From positions 21,638,001-21,702,000 of the forward strand of contig NC_043007.1 of assembly GCF_006345805.1 (NCBI RefSeq): a stretch of 64,000 nt of DNA, read 5' to 3'. The DNA comes from Octopus sinensis. Its lineage: Eukaryota. The notes below the pieces were generated by a model, which saw only the letters and a list, made by a program, of their open reading frames with translations, was not told the origin of the DNA and made no database searches. This document shows, in pieces, positions 63,895 through 64,000 of this stretch; position 1 is the first letter of the stretch; each line of letters opens with the position of its first letter. Made by a program: the position numbers and the translations under genes.

Positions 63895-64000
63895 AATATA
63901 AAACCATCAGAATTTCTGAGTACCTCATTTCTTCTAATATAAAATACCTGTACATCACCTCCAAACCTTCTAATATATATATATATATATTTATGTGTGT

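Overview
AT-rich, microsatellite-dense animal genomic DNA. The SINE, LINE and MITE families resemble those of Octopus or another coleoid cephalopod; this is recognised from repeat content, not from a database search. Nearly the whole window looks intronic to one large plus-strand gene that I cannot name. It appears only as very short exons: 2054-2117, probably 2340-2381, 47372-47397, 51470-51496, a candidate 4-nt microexon at 54460-54463, and 62052-62109. These join in one open frame (EEEIIKNGESQSMSNTNATFT-VTILPAAGQ-KPDVTLTST-N-AVEADSMEPISPENQQRRD). The rest is two abundant tRNA-derived SINE families, 3' ends of RTE, CR1, Tx1 and R4-type LINEs, TTAA (piggyBac-type) and hAT MITEs, Helitron/Helentron elements and simple repeats. 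Almost all ORFs in the supplied track are artefacts of these repeats. The most notable observations are the microexon chain, several minimal hammerhead-ribozyme motifs in Penelope-like fragments (one core-intact with a compensatory U3-A8 pair at 3831-3878), three long fold-back palindromes, a 7-copy ~182-bp array inside a single MITE, and an unexplained ~108-bp element present twice with a diverged third copy beside an exon. All calls were made by eye.
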